Below are positions 33,218 to 41,080 of a stretch of DNA of 45,936 nucleotides, piece by piece (the stretch's first letter is position 1; every line of letters begins with the position of its first letter). A model generated the notes under the pieces. It saw nothing but the letters and a program-made list of their open reading frames with translations, was not told where the DNA came from and did not search any database. This DNA comes from a virus (Duplodnaviria; Caudoviricetes): the IMG/VR virus record IMGVR_UViG_3300037783_000043, positions 1-45,936 of that record. One strand, given 5' to 3'. Made by a program: the position numbers and the translations under genes.

Positions 33218-33547
33218 ATGGACACTCAACTCCCGCCCCTAATATCAAAAGCACTTTGGCATTTCTACCTGTATCACAACGTGGATGATCCTGGTAAGAT
33301 CGAAGCTACATCAGTGAGAGGTTACTGGAGATTCAAGCGTTTATGCCATGGCGAGTGCCTGATGGGCCACGAACACCCGATACACCACACTCTCTATTTC
33401 GCTGAACACGGCACACGAGACGAGCGAGGCAGATTCGTTAGCCCATTCCGTGCTTGGGAGGAGTGGCGGAGTCACTATCATCCCGAAACCGATTTCGGGA
33501 AGCTCAAATTCGGGAATCTCAAATTCGGGAACCACACAACAAAATAA
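33218..33547 (+). CDS. Hypothetical His/Trp-rich protein
   Basis: MDTQLPP..., contains RDERGRF; 15-nt tandem repeat at the 3' end. Confidence 0.6.
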   Translation: MDTQLPPLISKALWHFYLYHNVDDPGKIEATSVRGYWRFKRLCHGECLMGHEHPIHHTLYFAEHGTRDERGRFVSPFRAWEEWRSHYHPETDFGKLKFGNLKFGNHTTK

Positions 33548-33556
33548 TTGATCCTT

Positions 33557-33718
33557 ATGGCAAAGAAAATCAAAGAGATAGAAATCAGCAACGACGAAGG
33601 CCAGATCATGACCGTAAAATGGAACAAAGACGGCATCCTGTTCCAGATTGATGACCAGGCATGGCTGACCGATGACCCAGGCGAAGTCTGTGATGCAATC
33701 GACGAAGTTTCAGATTAA
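33557..33718 (+). CDS. Hypothetical protein (not in ORF track)
   Basis: 53 aa MAKKIKEIEISNDEG... Confidence 0.6.
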   Translation: MAKKIKEIEISNDEGQIMTVKWNKDGILFQIDDQAWLTDDPGEVCDAIDEVSD

Positions 33719-33732
33719 CCAAAAAAATCAAC

Positions 33733-33897
33733 ATGCTGCCACAAATCATCAGAGACAACACGGACCGTGAAACACGCGAGGCACTGGAGACAGTGCAGGA
33801 ACAACTGCCGAACGAGTTCATGATCATCCGCAACGAGCTGGAGTATCTGTATCAGATCAAGGATGCTGCTAATAATTCGCAGCGTGATATATCATGA
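33733..33897 (+). CDS. Hypothetical protein (not in ORF track)
   Basis: 54 aa MLPQIIRDNTDRETREALE... Confidence 0.6.
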   Translation: MLPQIIRDNTDRETREALETVQEQLPNEFMIIRNELEYLYQIKDAANNSQRDIS

Positions 33898-33914
33898 ATA
33901 TAAGATATAGGCAT

Positions 33915-34005
33915 AAAGGAATCTATTTGAATGACATTTTACGGGTGGTTCCGTCGATTCGAATAATTTATCTATGAGAACTTCCGATAACTTCGCTTAA
34001 AGTTC
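33915..34005. other. Candidate cos packaging site
   Basis: GC-rich core TTACG-GGTGGTTCCGT-CG in an AT-rich gap just upstream of terS; resembles lambda TTACG-GGGCGGCGACCT-CG. Confidence 0.5.
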
Positions 34006-34015
34006 ACAATTGGCC

Positions 34016-34534
34016 ATGAGTCGCGGGAAAAAGCGAATTGAAATTGAAAACGTTCGGGTGCCGACCAACGCATTGGCTGCGGTCCTGGGCGTCTCGATTG
34101 CTACCGTCAGCAAATTCATCTTCGAGCCAATCAAGAATGAGTCTCAGGAATACTACCTCCACGATGTGCTGCGGTGCCTGTGGGGTATGCGCCGGGCACG
34201 ACACGACGAAACTCCTGATGGTGAGCTCAGTATCCAGGAAGCCAAAAGACTCAAAACGATTGAGGAACACCGGAAACTGAAACTGGCCAATGACCTCGAG
34301 GACGGCGAGCTGATCGAGATGGCCGAAGTGGAGCGGACGATTCGTGCGTTTCTGGATCCGGCCATGCGCGAGGCCGAAACATTCCTGCTGAACAAGTTGC
34401 CGGCGGAGGCCGCCAACCTCGATGCAGGAGAGATCCGGAACCTGATGACGCCGGCTTACAATGCCTGGGTGGCATCGGTGCAGAACATGGTTGATGAGTT
34501 GTGCGGAACAGAGTCGACATCGGACGAGTCCTGA
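34016..34534 (+). CDS. terS: Terminase small subunit (Nu1-like)
   Basis: N-terminal HTH (LAAVLGVSIATVSK), coiled coil ending GELIEMAEV; upstream of terL. Confidence 0.8.
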   Translation: MSRGKKRIEIENVRVPTNALAAVLGVSIATVSKFIFEPIKNESQEYYLHDVLRCLWGMRRARHDETPDGELSIQEAKRLKTIEEHRKLKLANDLEDGELIEMAEVERTIRAFLDPAMREAETFLLNKLPAEAANLDAGEIRNLMTPAYNAWVASVQNMVDELCGTESTSDES

Positions 34535-36354
34535 AGAAAGCCATTCGGCCGAGGGACGACAGACCAATCTGGGACTGGGCTGGAGACAATCTGATCCTGC
34601 CTTCATCCATTGCCAAGTCCGGCCGGTTCGATGTCGGGACCAGTGCATATTTCTACGAGCCACTGAAGGCACTCCAGGATAACCGGGTGAGGCGGGTTTC
34701 GATCCGCTGGCCGGTGCGACACGGGAAAACGCTGCTGTGCGATGTGTGGATCCCGTGGACGATTGCCAATGACCCAGGGCCGTTCCTGAGCTGCTGGCAA
34801 ACGGATGAGATGGCCAAGTCGCATTGTGAGTCACGACTGATTCCGATCCTGCGGCAGTGCGGTCTGATCACTGACCTGCTTTCGGAAGACCGGCACAAGA
34901 CCAAGACTCAGACGATCATTCTGGATTCCGGTGTGAGTGTCTGGGTGCGGTCAGGTGGAACACTGGCGACACTTCAATCCAGATCAGTCCGATACCTCGC
35001 CATCGATGAGGGATGGACCTGGGAGAACCAGACCAACATCATCGAGGCAGAGGGCCGTATCGGTGACTGGGAAGACCTGGGGCTTTCGAAAGTTCTCTAC
35101 ATGAGCCAAGGGTCTGTGAAGGGAGACATCGTCGACACGGACTGGGAATCCGGGACTCAGGAGCGATGGCACTTTGACTGTGCCGGTTGCGGCCGGCCGA
35201 TACCGGCAAAGCTGTGGGATGTCCGGAAGGACGGGAGTCGATGGGGACTGGTCTGGGACAAGAAAGTGGACTCTCATGGCCAGGTAATGATTGGTGAGAC
35301 CGCCGAGACGATCCGATATGAATGCCCGCACTGTTCGCATCCTCACTTGGAGTCCGAAGGCCACCGGGCCAGATGGTCATCACAGGGCCGCTACATCCGG
35401 GAGAACTTCAGCGGGCTTGATAGCCACCGGTCATTCACTCTGAGCTGCATCATGGGCAGGTCATGGCCGCTGATCATGCAGGAGTGGATCACGGCGACTG
35501 CGAATGCGAAGGCCGGCCGGATCGATCAGCTATCAATATTCGTCCAGAAGCGAATGGCTGAAGCCTGGGACTCTGATTATCTGAGCGACACGATCAGACT
35601 CAGCTCAGGAGATTACGAACCATCAGATGAATGGCCTGATGAGGTCTGCCGGTGGATGACAGTGGATGTCCAGGCCAATGGCTTGTTCTACTACGTGGTG
35701 CGGGCATGGAGCCGCGACGGGGAGAGCAGGCGTATTGATTTCGGATACACATACGGATGGCCCTCACTCGATGCGCTGCAGGAGAAATGGAAAGTGCAGT
35801 CCAAGCGGGTCTGGGTGGACTACGGGTATGATTCGGCGAATGTTGCAAGGGAATGCGCTGCCCGCGGGTGGGTGCTATGCAAAGGGGACCAGCACGAACA
35901 TTTCTGGCATGAGATCAAAAACGGAAAGGCAGTAAAACGCGTGGCGAGATCCTATGCTCCAGCCAAGGCTGTCGATGCATACATCGGGACCAAGGGCCAT
36001 GGCAAGAAAGGGGCCTGCATACTCGTGGTGTTTTCCGACGAGAAGATGTCGGATCTGCTGCACTCGCATCTGAATGATCCAAGGGACATCTTCAAGCGTC
36101 CGGCGATTCAGGATCAGGAGAAGGAAAAGATGTATCGGCGCCACATGGCGAGCATGAGGAAAGTGCTGCAGGAATCAAAGGCCAAGCTCAGTCCGGATCA
36201 GCGGAAAGCGACTGCCATCCAGAAACAGCGATGGCTCTGGGTTGCCATCCACAAGGACAACCACCTCTGGGACTGCGAGAAGATGCAGATCCTGGCCGCG
36301 ACGGTTGCCAAGATAGTGGCAGACCCGGTGGAGGCAATGACCGCAGATGCTTGA
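34501..36354 (+). CDS. terL: Terminase large subunit (lambda GpA family)
   Basis: Walker A variant PVRHGKT, DPGP, Walker B YLAIDE, two CxxC pairs, nuclease TVDVQ, VDYGY, DNHLWDC. Confidence 0.92.
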   Translation: MRNRVDIGRVLKKAIRPRDDRPIWDWAGDNLILPSSIAKSGRFDVGTSAYFYEPLKALQDNRVRRVSIRWPVRHGKTLLCDVWIPWTIANDPGPFLSCWQTDEMAKSHCESRLIPILRQCGLITDLLSEDRHKTKTQTIILDSGVSVWVRSGGTLATLQSRSVRYLAIDEGWTWENQTNIIEAEGRIGDWEDLGLSKVLYMSQGSVKGDIVDTDWESGTQERWHFDCAGCGRPIPAKLWDVRKDGSRWGLVWDKKVDSHGQVMIGETAETIRYECPHCSHPHLESEGHRARWSSQGRYIRENFSGLDSHRSFTLSCIMGRSWPLIMQEWITATANAKAGRIDQLSIFVQKRMAEAWDSDYLSDTIRLSSGDYEPSDEWPDEVCRWMTVDVQANGLFYYVVRAWSRDGESRRIDFGYTYGWPSLDALQEKWKVQSKRVWVDYGYDSANVARECAARGWVLCKGDQHEHFWHEIKNGKAVKRVARSYAPAKAVDAYIGTKGHGKKGACILVVFSDEKMSDLLHSHLNDPRDIFKRPAIQDQEKEKMYRRHMASMRKVLQESKAKLSPDQRKATAIQKQRWLWVAIHKDNHLWDCEKMQILAATVAKIVADPVEAMTADA

Positions 36355-36369
36355 TTCGAGTGGATAATC

Positions 36370-36513
36370 ATGGAGATATTTTTCATCAGTGCGATATCTC
36401 TGCTGGTCGCCGTGGTCCTCGCTCAGCGTGAGAAAATCAAGATCCTCGAAAGTCGCCTCGAGATATACGAGTGGGCCATTCGTGATGGTCAATCAGATGA
36501 TGGCGCGGATTGA
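36370..36513 (+). CDS. Small membrane protein (not in ORF track)
   Basis: 47 aa MEIFFISAISLLVAVVLAQREKIK... Confidence 0.45.
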   Translation: MEIFFISAISLLVAVVLAQREKIKILESRLEIYEWAIRDGQSDDGAD

Positions 36514-36530
36514 CTTGGGTAGCCATTACA

Positions 36531-36809
36531 ATGGCGAAGCAATTCCCAGCTCCAATCTACCACCAGAGACGATTTTTCCCTGGGCTTACTGAGGACGAAC
36601 TCCTGACAAAGCTCAAGGATGTCGTTGATCGACTGTCTTCCGGTGAGACTGACACCAGCGTCTCCACTGGCGACGTGTCCACATCGGTTCAGCAGTTCCG
36701 AAACCTGAAGCGGGTCAAGAGTGAGATCGAGTATGACCTGCATGTGCTGGACCCTGCCAGATACCCAAAGTTCAAACGCATTGACCGGGTGAGAGCCCGG
36801 GTTCTGTAA
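36531..36809 (+). CDS. gpW-like head-tail joining protein
   Basis: Small helix-hairpin-helix ORF between terL and portal, as in lambda. Confidence 0.65.
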   Translation: MAKQFPAPIYHQRRFFPGLTEDELLTKLKDVVDRLSSGETDTSVSTGDVSTSVQQFRNLKRVKSEIEYDLHVLDPARYPKFKRIDRVRARVL

Positions 36810-36812
36810 TTC

Positions 36813-38333
36813 ATGGCGAGCCGATCACCAGTCCAGTTGTATGGCCCTCGAGGCGAGCGTCTGTCACCGGCAACCAGCCAGCGCGGGAGGCTTATTGATC
36901 CGTCACGTCTGAGCAAGACATACGGAAACCGCAACCTCAGCAGCCTTGATCGGGATTACCACCAGAACATCGGGAGCCTCGGGCGAACCGAGCTGATGAG
37001 CCTCGGCCGGTTCCTTTATTCGAATTTCGGCCCGGTGCGGATGGCCCTGAATCAGATGGCATGCTACGCCTCTGATGACTACACGCCCAGCTACGTCGGC
37101 GCTGATGAGAATTTCAAAATTGCATTCGAAAGCTGGCTTCCGCTGCACGACCTCGGGCCTGACATATCCACCGATGCGTCGATGCAGGAGCTCCGACGGC
37201 TTATCATCATTTCCGCATTCCGGGATGGCGATGTCGGAGTGGTTCTGACTGCGAACAGAGACAGGCCGAAGCTGCAGCTTATCCCTGCCCACAGGATTGG
37301 CAGCAGGCATCATCCGGACGGAATTGTCCAAGGCGGTCCATACGACGGTGCCACCATTATCGATGGCGTGATCGTGGATGCCGGGACACATAGGCCGCTG
37401 GCATATCGAGTTTACACTGGGGATTATTTCAGGTCTGATGAATATGTTGACATCCCTGTAAGGTCCATGCGTCTGTTCATGGCCTCCAGGGACTACATTG
37501 GGCAGCTGCGAGGACTCTCGGCTTTGGGTGGATCTGCATTCAGCTGGCATGACATCGCTGAGTGGGAGCGCAATGAACTCCTGGCTCAGCGCATTCATTC
37601 GAAGCTGGCACTGATTCGTAAGACAGAGTCTGGAGAGGCAGACCCGATGAGTGATGCCCTCGGGATCGAGACCAACGAAAACTGTGAGGAGACGGAATTT
37701 TACCAGGAATTCGGGGACGGCGAGATCATGTATCTCACGCCCAATGAAAGTGTCGAGGCATTTATCAGCAATCGTCCGACCGGGAACCAGAGGGAATTCA
37801 TTCAGAGTGCGATTCGTTCTGCCCTGGCATACATGGGGTTCTCTCCTGATTTTTCATTCGACGCAACCAAGATTGGCGGGGCCAGTCTGAGAGTTGTTGC
37901 AGAGCAGGCAAACCGCCGAGTGCGTGAGCTTCAAACAACGATATTGGAGCCATGCATGAAATGGTATTACAGCTACGCAGTTGCCAGAAACATATCACGC
38001 GAAATCCTGCCGAATGCATCTGATTTCTGGCGGTTGCGATTCATGGGGAGCCAGCGGATCACTGCTGACCGCCGATATGATTCACTCGTTGATCTTCAGG
38101 AGATGGCCGCCGGTGTCAGGACATTCAGTGAAACCACTGCTGTCAGAGGCCAGGACTGGAAGGACGTTCGAAACCAAACCGAGCGGGAGGCTGTGGATCT
38201 GCTTGAGAGAGCGCAGCGTCTGGCAGAGTCATTTGACATATCAATGGACAAGGCGATGAGCCTGCTTGGTGACCGGGTCAAGTCCGCCACTGCTCCAACT
38301 GAACAGGAAGGAAATATACAATCTAATGAATAA
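36813..38333 (+). CDS. Portal protein (lambda family)
   Basis: 506 aa, RDGDV, LQLIPAHRI, IIDGVIVD..RPLAY, GQLRGLS, RGQDW. Confidence 0.92.
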   Translation: MASRSPVQLYGPRGERLSPATSQRGRLIDPSRLSKTYGNRNLSSLDRDYHQNIGSLGRTELMSLGRFLYSNFGPVRMALNQMACYASDDYTPSYVGADENFKIAFESWLPLHDLGPDISTDASMQELRRLIIISAFRDGDVGVVLTANRDRPKLQLIPAHRIGSRHHPDGIVQGGPYDGATIIDGVIVDAGTHRPLAYRVYTGDYFRSDEYVDIPVRSMRLFMASRDYIGQLRGLSALGGSAFSWHDIAEWERNELLAQRIHSKLALIRKTESGEADPMSDALGIETNENCEETEFYQEFGDGEIMYLTPNESVEAFISNRPTGNQREFIQSAIRSALAYMGFSPDFSFDATKIGGASLRVVAEQANRRVRELQTTILEPCMKWYYSYAVARNISREILPNASDFWRLRFMGSQRITADRRYDSLVDLQEMAAGVRTFSETTAVRGQDWKDVRNQTEREAVDLLERAQRLAESFDISMDKAMSLLGDRVKSATAPTEQEGNIQSNE

Positions 38334-39108
38334 TCTGAGTCTATACCTTGCCAACATGGTGTTGAATCAGCCGTGGTTGATAGAGCAGCACGCTTTTCAG
38401 ACCATCCACGACATCGCCATGGCCCGTATCAAGGCAGAGAAATACACCAGGGAGGGGGAAGGCGAGTGCGGGGAAAAGGTAGAGTTTGACGGCATGGAGA
38501 TTGAGGACGGTGTTGCCAAAATACCGATCAGCGGTGTTCTTGTCAGCAATCCTGAGTTCAAGGTCAGGGGACTTGTGGACATGGATGACATCGCCAGAGA
38601 GATCGAAGACGCCGAAGTAAATGACGCAGTAGAGCGGATCGAATTTCACATGGACACCCCTGGCGGAATGGTTCGCGGGACGCCGGAGCTTGCCGACATG
38701 ATCTTCCGTGTGGAAAAGCCGACCAAGGCTATCGTCAAAGGAACCTGCGCATCCGCTGGATATTGGCTCGCTGCTGCAACTGATGAAATAGTGGCAAGAC
38801 GAACATGCGACGTCGGGTCAATCGGCGTCTTGATTACGATCCCGGACTACTCTGGCTACTACGAGCAAATGGGAGTGAAAGTCAACGTCGTCGCATCTGG
38901 TGACCTCAAGGCCATGGGAGTCCCAGGAACCAGCCTGACCGAGTCGCAGATCGAGCATCTTCGAGACAGAGTCAATTCGATATTCGGCATGTTCAAAGAC
39001 CACGTTGAGTCGATGCGCGGAGAGTTGGATCCGGAAGTATTCAGGGGTCAGACTTTCATGGCTGAGAAGGCCATGGAATATGGATTGATTGACTCTGTGA
39101 TTTCTTAG
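38326..39108 (+). CDS. S49-family prohead protease
   Basis: DTPGG, CASAGYWLA, GSIGV, GLIDSV. Confidence 0.92.
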   Translation: MNNLSLYLANMVLNQPWLIEQHAFQTIHDIAMARIKAEKYTREGEGECGEKVEFDGMEIEDGVAKIPISGVLVSNPEFKVRGLVDMDDIAREIEDAEVNDAVERIEFHMDTPGGMVRGTPELADMIFRVEKPTKAIVKGTCASAGYWLAAATDEIVARRTCDVGSIGVLITIPDYSGYYEQMGVKVNVVASGDLKAMGVPGTSLTESQIEHLRDRVNSIFGMFKDHVESMRGELDPEVFRGQTFMAEKAMEYGLIDSVIS

Positions 39109-39110
39109 AA

Positions 39111-39518
39111 ATGAGCAATCTTGCCAAACAACGAATCACGGATCTGGAAGCAGAGATCAAAACTCTGACAGAGGCGAATGTCGCTTATGAGGACCAAATC
39201 AGAGCACTGACAACTGAACGTGATCAGGCGGTCCAGAAAGTTGCCGATATTGAGGCTTCCAAGAATCAGGAAATTGAAGACCTGAAGGCCAAAGTCGCAT
39301 CGCTGTCTGAGCAAAAGGAATCCGCCGAAACGAACCTCGATGAGAAAATCAAATCTGCCGTCGCTCAGGCATTGACTGAAGCCGGCCACGAGCCAGTCAG
39401 CTCAGGCGCAAACTCAGGATCAGGCGACGAACCGAAAGCCAAGTCACCAACTGAGATGACGCGATTCGAGGCGGCCAAATCCCTGGCATCAAAACTGGGT
39501 CTTTCGAGGGCCCGATAA
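39111..39518 (+). CDS. Scaffolding protein
   Basis: Coiled-coil 135 aa between protease and capsid. Confidence 0.65.
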   Translation: MSNLAKQRITDLEAEIKTLTEANVAYEDQIRALTTERDQAVQKVADIEASKNQEIEDLKAKVASLSEQKESAETNLDEKIKSAVAQALTEAGHEPVSSGANSGSGDEPKAKSPTEMTRFEAAKSLASKLGLSRAR

Positions 39519-39553
39519 CCATTTCATCCAACAACCACTTTACCCAATAGATT

Positions 39554-40483
39554 ATGTTACCAGCAGCAAGCGGCACATATACGCTCCTTGAACTGAGCAA
39601 GCTGAAGGCCGGCGAGGAATTTCCAGTTGTCAGCGAGGTTATCCACAAGGTTCCTGAACTCCAGGTATTCCCGTTCGTTCCACGGAGCGAGCAATACTTC
39701 GAAGTCAGTGTCCGGACTGGTAATCCGTCGGCATCGTTCCGGAATACCAACGAAGGCATCGCCAGCTCCAAGGCCACTTTCGAAAACAAGAGCTTCGCAA
39801 TGCAGCTCTTGGATTCCCGGATCATCCTCGACAAAAAAGGCATCGCAATGCGTGCTGCCGACGAGGCTGCAAGACTGCTTGATCAGCATGTGATGGGTGC
39901 TGCTCAGGCTGCATCTCAGGCACTCGTAAACCAAATCTGGTATGGCACCAAGAAGGACGCCAAAGGCTTCCCTGGTCTGTATGAGATTTACGATCCTACC
40001 TACGACGTGAATGCCACCGGATCCAGCGCCACCACATCAGTATGGTTCCTGGAGTTTGGAGGCGAAGGTCCGACTGTTTACAGCGGCAACGGCGAAGGAC
40101 TCACCATGGGCGAGTGGCGCGAGCAGCTTATCACTGACGCATCCGGAAACACTCTCGAGGGATGGTATAACACCCTCGGCGGATACTTCGGACTGGCACT
40201 GTTCAGCAAGCTGAAGGTGGTTCGCATCAAGAACATCGATAATGGCTCCAACAGGCTCACCGATGACCTGCTCTACAGCGGTCTGCAGAAATGCGAGGAG
40301 ATTGGCATGGTGCCCAATGCGTGCTTCATGAGCCCTCGGTCTCGATACCAGCTCCGAGACTCCAGGACCACTTACAACCCGGTCGGAGCTCCTGCTCCGC
40401 TGCCAACTGTGGTCCCTGATACCGACGTGCCGATTTACAGCACCATCAACCTCAGCAACGCGGAGGAAACACTCGGCTTCTGA
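39554..40483 (+). CDS. Major capsid protein
   Basis: 309 aa, VRTGNP...FRNTNEG...SK, IWYG...GFPGL; position. Confidence 0.85.
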   Translation: MLPAASGTYTLLELSKLKAGEEFPVVSEVIHKVPELQVFPFVPRSEQYFEVSVRTGNPSASFRNTNEGIASSKATFENKSFAMQLLDSRIILDKKGIAMRAADEAARLLDQHVMGAAQAASQALVNQIWYGTKKDAKGFPGLYEIYDPTYDVNATGSSATTSVWFLEFGGEGPTVYSGNGEGLTMGEWREQLITDASGNTLEGWYNTLGGYFGLALFSKLKVVRIKNIDNGSNRLTDDLLYSGLQKCEEIGMVPNACFMSPRSRYQLRDSRTTYNPVGAPAPLPTVVPDTDVPIYSTINLSNAEETLGF

Positions 40484-40527
40484 TCAAAGTAATCTGGTAA
40501 CCAGGTAACCAGAAAGGAATTTGAAAT

Positions 40528-40962
40528 ATGTCCAAAGATTTATCGAAACTGAACCGGGGACCGCAGGCGATTGATGCACTGCTCACCGAAGAGCTTACGC
40601 TCGCTGCTGCAACCAATGCCGTAACCAGTGCGGCCATCGATCTTGGAGCCGGCGAGATGCACACGGCAGGCATTGCCCTGTTCGTGGAGAACACCACGGA
40701 GATCCCATCAGCTTCCCTCGACAACACCGAGACTATCACCGTTGATATCCTCAACGGTGCCACCACATCGCCGACGACCGTCATCATGGACGAAGTTCCA
40801 TTCCTGACAGGAAACGGCAGCGCCACACCGGCGAAACAGCGACTGATTCTCCGCCTGCCTCCGCAGATTGAGCGTTACGTCAAGATCCGGGTCAACTCAG
40901 GTACAGGCACTGCACTGACCGCTGAAAAAGTCCTGGTCGGTGTGATTGTCGACAGGGTGTAA
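40528..40962 (+). CDS. Capsid cement/decoration protein (Bbp16-like)
   Basis: SAAIDLG ... LRLP...RYV jelly-roll pattern directly after the capsid gene. Confidence 0.65.
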   Translation: MSKDLSKLNRGPQAIDALLTEELTLAAATNAVTSAAIDLGAGEMHTAGIALFVENTTEIPSASLDNTETITVDILNGATTSPTTVIMDEVPFLTGNGSATPAKQRLILRLPPQIERYVKIRVNSGTGTALTAEKVLVGVIVDRV

Positions 40963-41007
40963 ATTTCCAGCCGATACTGATCCCAATACTGGCACTTCAT
41001 GATGGAC

Positions 41008-41050
41008 CCCCGTCTCGGCCCTCCACCAGCCGGGGCGGGGTTTTGGTTTT
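41008..41050 (+). terminator. Rho-independent terminator after capsid/cement genes
   Basis: CCCCGTCTCGGC-loop-GCCGGGGCGGGG then TTTTGGTTTT. Confidence 0.85.
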
Positions 41051-41080
41051 CAAGACATTGACTTTCCTACTATTTCAAGA

